Of a stretch of DNA of 64,000 nt, positions 23,897-37,107 are shown piece by piece (position 1 is the stretch's first letter; each line of letters starts with the position of its first letter). A model generated the notes under the pieces. That model saw only the letters and a program-made list of their open reading frames with translations, did no database searches and was not told where the DNA came from. Origin of the DNA: Azolla caroliniana (Eukaryota > Plantae > Polypodiophyta); assembly GCA_043228905.1 (NCBI GenBank), contig JBHGNT010000020.1, positions 10,292,001 through 10,356,000 of the forward strand, written 5' to 3'. A program made the translations under genes and the position numbers.

Positions 23897-25880
23897 TGTG
23901 GGGGACATCGATATGGGAACCATTGACCCAATAAAGGATCATTGGTTTGGCTCTAAACTGGTCCGGTATCTGGCTTCGGTTTCAACTCTCTTGACCATCC
24001 GACTCCACACTTTGATTATGCTCACTATGTGTCGGTCTTGTCGGGCTTCTGCTCCTCGCTCCTCAAACTCGGTTGGTTGGCGGTCGAGAGACCTAGGTTC
24101 AGTTTCCCGTAGGAGTGTACGGGGCGGTATAAGGGTAGAACACGATAAAGTGGTTGTTGTGTATGTGTAATGTATACGAGTGTACGTGAGGATGAATATG
24201 TGTGTGAACACATGCACAATTATGTGCATGTGTACAAAATGTAATGGTCTTCTTTTGTAACGGTCATATTATATAACTGTTACATTATGTACCATATAAA
24301 CCCCTTATGGGGCATGTAATGCAATATAGATTTTTCCCTCTCATTTCTGTGTCATTCTCTATTTTTCTTTACTTCTCTCTTTCCCTCACACGTAACCACG
24401 TAACCCCCTTGGGAGGGGGGTGGAGCCGTTTTTGGCTTAACCCCCCACCCATCAACATTTGTCATGCCCAAACGGCCGACCCTCCCTTGAGAAGAAGTCT
24501 CTCTCTCTCTCTCTCTCTCTTAGAGCAGGAGCCCCTTGAGAAGAAGTCTCTCCCTCTTCATTATCGTTCTTCACTCTTTTAACTAGATTACATATTGGAT
24601 TTGATCTTGCCTTCTGCTTCAATCTTGGCCTCTCCCCCCCCCCCCCCCCCCCCCCCTCCCTCTCTTTGTTTTATGACAATCAAGCTCTGCAAAATTACAA
24701 GACGTTATTGTCAATATTTTTCCACACGTAATGAAAGAATGAGGTGTTGTGTGCATGTGTCTGTGAATCTATGTCCATCGCCATTAGATCAAGACATTAC
24801 TCAATACCTATCAATGAATTCCACATGTGTTGCTTCACCATATACCAATGCCAGAAGAAAGGTTGATAGCATTGCAAAGCTTGGACATGATATCAGCCAA
24901 TGTCGTGGCCCTTAGAGATTCCTACTCATGGAGTTGGCCTCCCACCTTGTGAATGAGGTCTGCATCAAGCCATCTAGCCCAACCTCAAGTATAAGTGGCC
25001 ACAAACCCTACACTCTGAAGCAACATAAGGTTGAGAAGATCCATCGCCAAGGTACCATCTATGGTACCCTCTGTGTGCACACGTTGTGCAAAAAGACGAC
25101 CACCTATGGTCGTGTTCTCATCAATGTGTAGGTGGATGATGATGGGGACGCCATCTCCTTACATTTGTGCAATGCCATGGAAGGTAACAGTGGATCAACT
25201 CAAGCTGAGAGGTTGTTCCCACATGGGTGCAGAGTGGGCATTAAGAATCCATACTAGGTCATGTTGATAGTGGAGAAGACAACCGATTTGGTTTTCTTAT
25301 GGGTCCTTAATGATCGTGGTGATGATAGTAGGCATCAATATGAGCTGTGGGATATGCCATAATCTGGATGCAGCTTTGCAAGCTCTCTCCCACTATTGAG
25401 CACTAATGGCACTTGTGGAGAGGCAAGATCATCACCTCTCTTGGGTGGAGGAGCATCAACCATGATCAATCTTTGTCATTTTATGAATTGATTACAACCA
25501 CACAATCTTGCTTCAGAAGTGGCATCAAATCCAATAAGCAAACCATATAAAGAATCTATGGATAGTGATCAACATTCATTGGAAAATCGAAGAAATCAGT
25601 AGACACTATCATCATCTTGGTGTGGTGATTATAATTATTCCGAGGGAGCAAAATTTGAGCACGAACAGAAGACCCATAGATCTTCCAACAAGAAATGGCA
25701 ATGCAATGAACCTTACCAGCTACCCTTCCTTCAACACCCTAGAAGTTTACCCAGAAATCCAAGAATGTCTACATTGGGTGCCCTCTCCTTATCACCTACG
25801 TTTACAAAATTTGGAGGAATGTCTCATATTTGGTAGTGAAAGATTGAAGCAAACTCGACAATTTTGGGAGAAATGATGTC
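23897..25880 (+). mobile_element. Probable LTR (23897-24457) followed by degenerate internal sequence
   Basis: TG(TGGGGGAC)...(CCCATCAA)CA boundaries, TATA-like CCATATAAACCCC at ~24292, followed by TTTGTCATGCCC, which resembles a degenerate Tat-type PBS. No TSD or partner LTR found. Confidence 0.45.
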
Positions 25881-25899
25881 AGACCAAGTAGGATGAGAA

Positions 25900-27259
25900 A
25901 GGTGTTGCCAAAGAAGATGAGAGGAAGATGAGACGACCGGAATGAATGGCCAATGAACTACAGTGACTAGCAAAGAGAGACGAGAATGGCGACAACCGGC
26001 TATACAAACGAGAACCCTAGGCCGGTAACAGGTTCGTCTGAATTGTTGTAGTGTGTCAGCTCCTAGGGCCTTCGTGAAGATGTCGAGCGTTTGCAGGTTT
26101 GTGTTGATGTGTTGTCAGGAAACATCTTTGGCCAAGACACGTTCTGGAATGAAATGATAATGCACATCGATGTGCTTAGTTGTTGGGAAACAAGTGCTTT
26201 AGGATGGGAGGAGAACGAACCGAATCGGGTGGAGTCAATGAGTATTTCGACCGAGATCAATAGGCCAAGGCCGAGATCGAAAACGAAAACCGAAAATCGA
26301 TTTCTTGATTCGAGGGGCTATAATTGTAAATAGTCTGAATGTGCCCCTTGTGGGCTATATTTGTAAATAGCCTGAAAGTGGTTTTAGTATATAAGCAACT
26401 AGGGCAAAGTTTATAGAGTGTGAATCATTATAGTTGTAATAAGTTACAGTGAGTAGTTGCCTCTGTAATCGTGAAAGGAAGAGAGAGTGAGAGTGTATGA
26501 GTTAGTAACTCCACAACCGTCAGTCCGACGAAGAAGAACTCGAGGTCGTTGCCCCCAAGATTCTTATTGTACTACTTCTATATCATAGTGATTTTGTTCC
26601 TCGGGGTTTTTGGACCCCCGTGGTTTTTCCCTTTCGTGTTTTCCACGTAAAACATCTTGTGTCTTTGTACTTATCTTTCTGCTTTCTTGTTTATCTATAT
26701 GTGTACTATCTATCTTGATGCTTTGCACCCGAACATTCAAAGTACAACTGGTTGTGGCCGGTCACGATCCTAACATTAGTCTGAGCGTGAAAAATCAGGT
26801 TGCGAGCTAGGTATTGGTATAGGAGGATTGGATCTTTGATGGAAATATTCAGATCCTTGAGAATCCTCTTAAGCCATACAACTTTACATGCAAGAACGAT
26901 CACGCCCTTGTATTTAGGTTCTGTGCTCGACAGTTCAATTGTCGAATGCTTTTTACTACTCCATGATATGGCTCAACTACTGAGGGAGAAGATGAATCGG
27001 AGGTTAATCGTCTGTTAGCTTTGTAGTCGTCCCAATCAACATCTATGTACCCTTCGAGTCGAATTGGTGTGGCCGATTTGTAGAGGATGTCATAATCCAT
27101 CGTCCCACTTACATACCTTAGTACTTGCTTAGCACCGTCCAGATAGATGCCACGAGGTGTCTACATGAACTAGATAAGAAGACCAATAAGATAACTGAGG
27201 TCGGGTCACATAATGGTGAGGTAGATCAAGCTTTCGACTAGTTGACGATAGTGAGTCAG
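25900..27259 (-). mobile_element. Ty1/copia RT-RNase H remnant, split by a solo LTR
   Basis: Minus strand encodes YRQLVESLIYLT..PDLSY, LEGYIDVDW, VWLKRILKDL and FHAQT|KHIDVHYHF. Confidence 0.88.
26181..26775 (+). mobile_element. Solo LTR, 595 bp
   Basis: TGTTGGG...CCTAACA with 5-bp TSD TTAGT (26176-26180 / 26776-26780). Removing it restores the copia FHAQTKHIDVHYHF motif. Confidence 0.92.
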
Positions 27260-27546
27260 TGTTGAGAATCAAGCTCAACCTAGTCTAGTGTGTGAACACA
27301 CCTTTTGAGAATCTATTAGCACTCAAAGGTTAAAAGTCACCACTACTTTCTACACATTAAATATGCGTTATAGAATCATATTCTATGACACATAACTAAT
27401 GAGTTCCATATTCCCCATAATTAATGAGTCTCCACATTCCCCAAGGTAGAGTGACAGTGAGCATTTTAGTGAGAGATGGTAACCTTACATAAAGCACCCT
27501 CCTACTTTGTAAGGCATCAGTTAATCTCCTTTGTAATGCTCATATC
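27260..27546 (+). mobile_element. Truncated LTR related to the copia LTR at 41929
   Basis: Start TGTTGAGAATCAAGCTCAACC versus TGTTGAGCGAACAAGCTCAGCC; shared GAGAGA.GGT.ACCTTA.ATAAAGCACCCTC motif. Confidence 0.65.
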
Positions 27547-28578
27547 GTGCATATTTGTGGTTTTATCTACTGTGTTCTTTGTTCTCTGTGGTAGAGTGTA
27601 ATCATAAAGGTGTAGGCGTAAGTGCGGATACTAAGTGCACTTCCTAAGGAGTTCGGTTGTAGCCGTCTCCCTTATACGCTATCGGGATACGAAGAAGTAA
27701 TCATAAAGGTGTAGGCGTAAGTGCGGATACTAAGTGCACTTCCTAAGGAGTTCGGTTGTAGCCGTCTCCCTTATATGCTATCGGGATACGAAGAAGTATC
27801 GGGATACCATTCCTTGCAACTGCAGTCACCTTGAGGTCTAGGTCGAAGGACTGACCGTAGACAGTGTTCCTAATCGGTAACACGTTTGGCACGCTTGGTG
27901 ATCTGTGTCTTCTCGCAGACGAACAATGACGAATGGATGTTTAGCCTTAGACGTCCCAGAGAACCAACACGACAAGATCGACCAATCACAAGGTCCATCA
28001 CACGCCAGGCAGAGCAATGCGCAAGGCAAAAACCTCGCCTCAGTGGCCTCAGTGATATTTGTTGGGACCACAAAGTCGACTTCCCACTCACCAAATACCC
28101 TGGCGACACGCAGGAAGTTCCGTCACCACACAAGTACGGTGGTCTTCCCATGCCCGTCGTAGCATCCAACATGGCCTTCTCCTATCCCCGCTTCAACGAC
28201 GAAACTGATGTCGCAGCCCACATTCGCCTATTCTTGAATGTCTGGAATGTAAATCACATGGCGTAGAGACTTCCAGAAGAGGTAGCGCACCGTTCAAAAT
28301 GACAGAGTTTTGATTAACGTTGGATGGTAGAGCTGCATTTTGGCATTCGCAGATGGATCTACCAGCAATCACGACCTTTAATCAGTTGCAGTCGGTATTT
28401 CTGCAGTTCTTTCATCGGAGGGTGTCGCAATGCAAAATCCTCGGGCAATTCTATACAATCAAACAGTTGCCAGCCGAGATTGTCGCGAACTTCAATTTAC
28501 GCTTCCAAAATCTGCGGCGGAAATTAGAACGGGGCCAGATAGAGGACGAGGCTCAGGAGACATTTCTGGCAGCCTTAC

Positions 28579-31500
28579 TATTATAGATCTAAGTACTAAA
28601 GTAAGCTTAAGATAAGGATAAAGTAACGATAGATAGAAAGGAGAAAGAGAAAGAAGGGTGCCGATCCACCCGACCACCCCCGAGCGAAGGGATCGAGACG
28701 GACTCGAGCCTCGATCGGCGTCCCATACCACCGTTGTGGCGTCGAGTCGTACCTGGTGCTGGCGCGCTCGTTACAAGAGTTGACCCACCACACGAGCAGA
28801 GTCTCGATGTAGTCAAAAGATGATCAAATGAGGGTAGCTAGGCCTCTTATTTATAGCGATACCCAAGGCCCCCAGGCAAGTTCACACTTGACCTAATGGG
28901 TTGTCTCAATCCCGAGGATTAAAAGTAATCCTCCCCCTTCTTTACACCCTCGTTTAACCCTCACACTTATCCACGTGTATAGAATACTACGGTAAATTCT
29001 CACCACGGGATATTAAATGGTCATGCCCGTAACATACTCCCCCTCTTTAAAACATTGCACTCTTGCAATGGAAAGTTAGGGAAATTAGTTCTGAGAGTAT
29101 TTTCGCTTTCCCATGTGGCATCTTTTATTGATTTATCCATCCATTTTATTTTAAATTCTCGGATTTCTTTAGTACGTAATTTTTTTGTTTTAACATTGAG
29201 AATTCTTTCTGGTACATGTGGTTTAGAAGATAATTCTTCAAAAGTAACCAGAGTTTCAGTTGTAACTGTATTGTCGCCAAAACCTAGAAGTTCTTTTAGA
29301 CGACTCACATGAAAGACTGGGTGAATTCCGACACCATCGGGAAGAGGGAGACGATAGGCTGATGACCCAATGCGTTTGAGGACTGTAAAAGGTCCACAAA
29401 ACCGTGGGGCTAACTTAGCGCACTTACTTGTAGACAATGTCTTAGAATTGTGAGGTACACGTAAAAATACCTTCTGTCCAGGGTTGAATACACGAGGTTG
29501 CCTATGATGATCGGCATAAAAACGCGCTCTATCTTGAGCTGTTTTTATATTATCTCGTGCAATATGCAACATATCTTGCATATCCCGAAGAAAGTTTTGC
29601 GTACTTCGCAACTCATCATGATGTATATTAACATCAATCGGGGCTCGTGGCTGAAAACCATACATCAACATAAAAGGACTATATCCCGTCGACGTATGCT
29701 TGGAGCTGTTATAAGCAAACTCCAAAATTGGGAGATAACGTTTCCATTTTGTTGGTTTTGCACCAACGTATGCTCGAAGCATGTCCTCAATAATTTGATT
29801 TACTCGTTCTGTCTGTCCATCGGATTGAGGATGATCCGTGGAGCTCATGCTCAACGTAGTTTCTAACTTCTTAAAGACTTGTGTCCAGAAGTCACTAGTA
29901 AACTTTGGATCTCGATCACTCACGATATCCATCGGTAACCCATAAAAACGAAACAATTCGTCAACGAATTGGTAAGCCAATTCAGGAGCTGTTACCGTGG
30001 TTTTAGTAGCAATAAATCTGGCCATTTTAGTTAGTCGATCAACGACAACCCAGATGGCATCATGACCTTTTTGGGTGCGAGGAAGGCTAACAATAAAATC
30101 CATGGATATACTTTCCCACTTATTATTTGGAATGTCCAAGGGATGTAAAAGTCCTGCGGCTTTAAGTCGCTCGGCTTTGTTAACTTGACACTGGTGACAT
30201 TTAGTCACATAGCGATGTATGTCAGGACGCATCTTAGGCCAATAAAATTGAGTGGAGATGAGAACGAGTGTACGATGTATTCCAGGGTGCCCTGCTGAGG
30301 GTGCATCATGGCATTAAAAAAGAATCCTCTTTTTGACCTCGGGTAAATCTGGAACACAAACCTTCCCATTACGGTAGAGCAAACCGTTAGCAATGTGGAA
30401 GTATTCCTTCAAGGATGTGGTGGTGTCTGTTCCAGACTCAACTCTTGCCCAGTATTTTGCGAAATAACTGTCATCAGGATACTTTCCTCGAAGGTGATCA
30501 TAAAGATCTGATGATATTTCAGTGAAGCTAAGCGTGTTAACTTCACGAATGCGACTTAGTGCATCAGCGACAATGTTCATGGAACCTTTACGATATCGTA
30601 TGGAAAAATCAAAGTCCTGGATGAGATCAGCCCATCGTGCCTTACGACCTTTAAGGTCTTGTTGGTCACAAAAATATTTCAAGGACTCGTGGTCCGTAGT
30701 TACCACAAAGTGATTTCCATAAAGATAATGGTGCCATGTTTTGAGCGCATGTATAACTGCAAATAATTCATTTTCTTGAACGGTATACCGACATTGAGCA
30801 GAATCAAGTTTCTTACTCTCGAACGCTATTGGTTTACCATCTTGATATAAGACAACACCTATAGCATAATCGCTCGCATCAGTTTCAACCTCAAAAGGTT
30901 TTGAAGGATCAGGTAAAAGAAGTGAAGGAGCCTTGCAAACCAGGTCCTTGAGTTCCTTAAAGGCGAGGTCTAGTGTACCATTCCACACAATAGGTTTTGT
31001 AGACTTACGCGTTTGACCTTTTAAAAGATCAGTAAACGGCGTCGTCAATTGGGAGTAATTACGAAGAGACTTTCGCAAAAACCCCACAAAACCAAGGAAT
31101 GATCGAACTTCTCGAATATTCCGAAGAGTGGGCCAAAGCTTGATTTTCTCAATGCGAGAAGGATCAATTTCAACTCCTCGTTCGGTTATGAGATGTCCTA
31201 GATAAGTAATTGATTTCTTGAAGAACTCACATTTTGAGATCTTTGCATAAAACTGTTTGTCACGCAATGTTTGTAAAACAAAGCGGACATGTCTAACATG
31301 TTCTTGTAATGTACGGCTATAAACTAAAATATCATCCAAGAAAATAACGACAAATTTTCCAAGTTGTTCTCGGAAAATGTCATTCATTTCTTGTTGAAAA
31401 GTAGCCGGAGCATTGGTCAAACCAAAAGGCATAACCAAAAACTCGTAATGGCCATAGCGCGTACGAAATGCCGTTTTAGGAACATCGTCCTCACTTATTC

Positions 31501-34500
31501 GTATTTGATGGTAGCCAGTACGGAGATCAAGTTTTGTAAAATACCGAGCTCCTTGGAGACGGTCAATTAGATCGTCAGCCCGGGGCAATGGGTATGAATT
31601 CTTGATCGTCACTTTATTCAAGCGTCGGTAATTAATACACATACGCCATGTGCCCTCTTTCTTTTTAACCAAGAGAACTGGTGCACCCCATGGAGATTTA
31701 CTATAACGTATATAACCCATTCGTAAATAGTCCTTGAGTTGCTTAGATACCTCATCTTCTTCGGATCGACTTAAGCGATACGGAGGTATACTTATTGGTG
31801 CAACACCAGGTACAATATCTATACGATGGTCTATATTACATTTAGGAGGTAACCCATCAGGTAGTTCACTTGGAAAAACATCATGAAAATCATTTAAGAT
31901 TTCATCAAGTTGTTGTTGTTCAAAATATGATAATTGAACCGGGACATTATCGATATTGTAAACGTGAATGTCCGGATCAAGTACACAATAAAATAACGTA
32001 GAACAAGACAACTCGGATATTGATGGACACGAGGAAACAATCGAGAGGGATTGTTTTTTTACACATTGAATAAAATGCGTACAATCGTTCAGTACAAAAG
32101 AAATGGAATGACGAACCCAATCAATAAATAAAGAAGAGTTTTTATTATAAAACCAGGGATAACCCAGTATTACATCGGTGGTACAAAGATTCATTACATG
32201 GAAGTCTACTTCCTCTATATAAGTATCAATAGAAATTCCTAATGAATGAATCGCCCCGTTGATGTATTGTACTCTTCCATCAGCCAAGTGCACCATGTAG
32301 GTGTGATCACTTACGGTGGGTTGGATTCCCCATATCTAAACCAAACGATCATTCACAAAATTGTGTGAGCTTCCCGAATCAAATAAAAATTGTACGGGAG
32401 ATCCATTGATATACCCGTTTGCACGTAGTAAATCATTGGGACCCAATACATAGTGAGGGAAAGAACATTGACAATTACTTAAATGATGTGTATAGACCTG
32501 AAGGACATTAGGAATCTCACCTTTATGGTCTGCAGCTTTAGCTTTGTTGTCGTGCTCTTTCCGTTGGAGCTTTCGACATTGATCTTTTGTATGACCCTTC
32601 TTTTTGCAGAATACACAAAAAGGATGTTGTCGCTTACAATCGTGATCCAGGAATTCGTTGGGTGTCTTGCGTTTCCCAACAAATTGCGACTGCTTAGTCC
32701 CGGGCGCTTCGTTGGGTTTGTTATGGTCCTTCTTCGAAGTGCGTTGATAGCGAAGAACTATTTCAACGACCTCTTCGAAGGATTTTGGATCCTTATCGTG
32801 CACTATCCAGTGATAGTCCGAATTGGGGATGCCATTGACAAAACAAGCTATCAACCAATTGTCCCCTTCTAGATCCGATTTTTGGATTTGGGTTCTAACA
32901 TGGTAAACATAGTCTTCTAGCGAGGAAAATTTCCTGCTAGAGAGGTTTATTAAAGCTTGTGCTGCCTCGGTTCGAGAGGGAGGTTGCAGAAATTGGCCCT
33001 TAAAAACCGTGACAAAATCTGTCCAGGTATCGGGCAATTTCCCCATGGTACGGAGGCCACGCCACCAGGCGGCGGCCTTACCCCCGAGTTCTCGGCCGAC
33101 ATATGCAATCTTCATACTATCTGGCGTGGGATAGAGCTCAAAATGAGACTCCCATCGTCCCAGCCATGTGCAGATTGCTTCTTCGGTTCTTTCCTTTTTG
33201 TCTCCGGTAAATGGCTTAACGACAAATGATGGTTCACCTTGTCGCTCATCAGGTCTATTAGTCTCACGTTGTAGACTAATGACACGTGCCTCAAGAGCAC
33301 TCTGAGATTGCCGAAGTTCGGTCATCTATTGAGCGGTGAAACTAAGGTATTGGGTTATTTGTGCCAAATACATCTCAGTGGACATTTGTCCGGGAGGATT
33401 CCCTTGAGTTCCTTCCGCTTGAGCGGATGACATCGGGTCGTTAATTTGAGCCATTAAAGATTATTTTTGGAAAAGAAATAGGATAAGGTCAGAGATATAG
33501 TCATAACATCATGTCGTGATGTAAACATATCATGGGCGAGCATTAATCGATATCATTATCTCACGTCAATACCCCTCTAGACGTATGAGATGAGGTTCAA
33601 GATCAGGTTACTATGGTAAAACAAAGGTGTTTTAAAAACCATGGGGGTGACAAATAAATGTCTTTCCCTGATCTCTATATCGATTTTTTCATGGTGGCTC
33701 CCCGAGGCTCAACCATGTATGTTCGCGTCATGAATTGTTTATACACGAAAAAAATGTTAATAATAAACTATGTTTCGGTGCCCACATATGTGGTTTCGGC
33801 TCTTTAAGTCCTATTACGAGGACCCCGAGGTGCACTTAGACCTTAAGTCTAAACATGTGTTATAGTCATATGTATCAAGGATGTTGTATGGTCTTGGTCA
33901 TATTTGAACTCGAGACCTCGAGAACAAATACATTAAACACTTGAGCCAACCAAGTAAGTTGCTCTTCTCGAATGCTTAATGTTTGATGCGTATAAGAGAT
34001 ATGCGAGGCAATTGATCATATATGTTTTTTTTTTTAAAAGAACATATATGTCAAGGGGCCTTATTTCGCCCTCATGTACCAAAACTATGTTGGTACGTTA
34101 CCTAACCTCAAGTCTCGTAATTACGATGGCATACGCCAAAGTGCAACCTAATGGTCAAGCCAAATGAACCCTTGTTTCGTAGTAGGCTCACGTGGGCCAT
34201 CACATGGTCACGTCATTACGAATGCCTCTCGTAAGAACGAGCTCATGGTGGCATCGTATCCATGTAACGAGGGAGGGATGTTGGATACGTGCGTCATTGG
34301 AGCGACCTCACTTGAAGTGGGTCAAGCCCTACGTACTCAACATCATTATGGCTATTGGCGTTTCTTTACGTAACGAAATCGAGGTCATCAACGGGGTTAT
34401 CAACAATAAAAAAATGTTGAAAATGGGATGGTGACAACGCCATTCTCACAAAAATGTGAGGACGGCCACCAACATCCTTTTCCCGACAAGGACAACTTTC

Positions 34501-35597
34501 GATATAATCACGTAATAACGAATATACACATATGTTTACTTATCACATATATACGATCAAATACGTATATATGTGACCACATATGCCTATATTAAACATA
34601 TCGTTATATTAAATAGCCACAAATGATGTGATCGAGATACGTAATCGAGGTATATACCTCTACGCACACGAAACATCCACAAATAAGAGATCATCGTAAT
34701 ACGCAATTGAGGTATTGACCTCTTACGCATACGAGACCAACCGCATATCGTTTACTACAAATCAACAACTCATACGCAAACGTAACATATGTTCGTGAAC
34801 GTAATACGTAATTGAGGTATTAACCTCGTACGCATACGACACTCATCACATATTATTAATATGTCAAACGAGGTGTTGACCTCGTGCACATATGTAAACA
34901 TTTTAGATAATCAATTAAAGACCACTACAACATCATTGACTTAATGAAAAAAATTACATATAAACTAAACACATGATTAGATGGGAGAAGAGAGAATAGA
35001 AAGAAAAATTATGGAAAGAGTTACCGAAGTTCTTTGTTGATCGTTGTCTGGATCAAGGCCAACCGCACAACGATCGATCAGCATCAATCAAAAGACAAAT
35101 GAAAAACAAAGAAACATTAGTACAAAAATCTGATACCAATTATTATAGATCTAAGTACTAAAGTAAGCTTAAGATAAGGATAAAGTAACGATAGATAGAA
35201 AGGAGAAAGAGAAAGAAGGGTGCTGATCCACCCGACCACCCCCGAGCGAAGGGATCGAGACGGACTCGAGCCTCGATCGGCGTCCCATACCACCGCCGTG
35301 GCGTCTAGTCGTACCTGGTGCTGGCGCGCTCGCTACAAGAGTTGACCCACCACACGAGCAGAGTCTCGATGTAGTCAAAAGATGATCAAATGAGGGTATA
35401 GCTAGGCCTCTTATTTATAGCGATACCCAAGGCCCCCAAGCAAGTTCACACTTGACCTAATGGGTTGTCTCAATCCCGAGGATTAAAAGTAATCCTCCCC
35501 TTCTTTACACCCTCGTTTAACCCTCACACTTATCCACGTGTATAGAATACTACGGTAAATTCTCACCACGGGATATTAAATGGTCATGCCCATAACA
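28579..35597 (-). mobile_element. Full-length Ty3/gypsy chromovirus, 7019 bp, nested in the host gag
   Basis: LTRs at 35141-35597 and 28579-29034 (~7 substitutions and 2 indels by eye). TSD CTTAC (28574-28578 / 35598-35602). PBS TGGTATCAGA (35138-35129, tRNA-iMet type). PPT AGAGGGGGAGTA next to the 3' LTR. Confidence 0.97.
29021..33454 (-). pseudogene. gag-pol of the chromovirus (gag, zinc knuckle, protease, RT, RNase H, integrase, chromodomain); one frame with three in-frame stops
   Basis: [44 protein letters not shown]...SMDF...SDRD...GQTER, PRFCGPF, and chromodomain ERIL...FKIKWMDKSIKDATWE. Stops TAG 33328-33326, TAG 32338-32336 and TAA 30316-30314 are all in the same frame. Confidence 0.93.
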
Positions 35598-37107
35598 CTT
35601 ACGGAGACCGATACGGACGACGCTCAACAACAATAGTGTGAAAGGAGAAACAACTGATATGGTCATAGAACGAGCGTTATAGCTCGAGCTGGATGAAGAA
35701 GAGGAAAGGTTTTCTATGTCCTCATTACGACAAGCATTACCTCAAGATGAGGAACGACATTTTCACCAGGCAATCCAGTGCACGATTTGCCTCAATTCTG
35801 GACATTTCGTAGTGGAATGCAACGTGCGAATCCACTGCCCAATCTGTCACTCGAAAGCACACGAGGTTGAGCAGTGTGAGTACAATATGTTGAACAGACC
35901 CATGCCCACAATACGAAGCGTAGAAACACAACGACCACCTCGCCGTAATGATCAAAGGCGCCAAGAAGAACGACCCCGGTATATGGTTCAGAATCCACGC
36001 GATGACCGGCACTACCGAAATCGCCGGAATAACAACGATTCTGAGGAAGAAGAACCGGAGGACAAAGACTACCGGGGCAACTGCAGATATAATAAAGGAG
36101 GACGACATTACGAAAACTACCGTCCGGCAAACAAACGTGGTGGCATCAATGGGCCTTGTGGGAAACATCGATAGTATAGGGATCAACGGCGTTACGACGA
36201 AAGTTCAGACGATGACTGGCACCAGGAGCCGTGTCGGGACCAACAACAACCACCGCGGACTTTCAGAAGAATGAACCAAGACCGGGAGGAGCAAGTCACA
36301 CCTGGGGATAGGAACACGCCACCAGCTGCCGAGAAAGGCGAATCCAGCGTCCATTGTTTCGTTTGCCAACAACCCGGACATTATGCCACTCAATGTTCAC
36401 TCTACAAGGGCAAGGGCCCCACCGTCAATACGATTATGGCACAAGTTCAACAAGTTACGACAAGACAGCAAACGAAAAATGTTGATTGGGCCGTGCAAGA
36501 TGAGATACGTCAGACGGCCCAAGCATGGGTCGAAAAAGCGAACGCGGCCAATACGAAACCAAACATCTGGGCCATTTTGGAGGAAGATTAAAGGGGTGGG
36601 TCTGATGTGGCATGGTACTATCCCACAGGCGTGCCAGGTGTTGTCCGCCGGAATAGTAACCGACGGACAGAAGCGCAAAAATATTAGAATATAGTAAAAG
36701 CGTAAGAAACGCATGTAATGGTTCACGCGAGAAGCGTGAACGGCTAAAAGACCCTGTGTATATAAAGGGCAGAAATCCTCTGTAAGAGGTAGCGTGTAAT
36801 TTTGGTGCCTAGAGCGTTATTCTAATAGAATACTATCTTCTCTGATTTATGTGCATATTTGTGGTTTTATCTATTGTGTTCTTTGTTCTATGTGGCGGAG
36901 TGTAATCATAAAGGTGTAGGCGTAAGTGCGGATACTAAGTGCACTTCCTAAGGAGTTCGGTTGTAGTTGTCTCCCTTATACGCTACCGGGATACGGGGAA
37001 GTATCCCATTACGTATTACGGTACGACGATACCATTCCTTGCAACCGCAGTCACCTTGAGGTCTAGGTTGAAGGACTGACCGTAGACAGTGTTCCTAATT
37101 GGTAACA

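Larger units (their letters stand above)
27547..37107 (+). mobile_element. Ty3/gypsy element carrying only gag: truncated 5' LTR 27547-27882, PBS-like site ~27886, gag 27886-28578 + 35603-36550, PPT ~36580-36600, 3' LTR ~36603-37107
   Basis: Both LTR copies share GTGCATATTTGTGGTTTTATCTA...GTGTTCCTAAT.GGTAACA. TTTGGCACGC follows the first LTR. Gag has YPRFNDETDVAAHIRLF and three CCHC knuckles (CTICLNSGH, CPICHSKAH, CFVCQQPGH). Purine tract GGAGGAAGATTAAAGGGGTGGG precedes the second LTR. Confidence 0.82.

Noticed and set aside
32336-32338. Programmed gag-pol stop-codon readthrough
   Set aside because: The TAG lies inside the protease after the DSG motif, and two other in-frame stops exist, so mutational decay is more likely.
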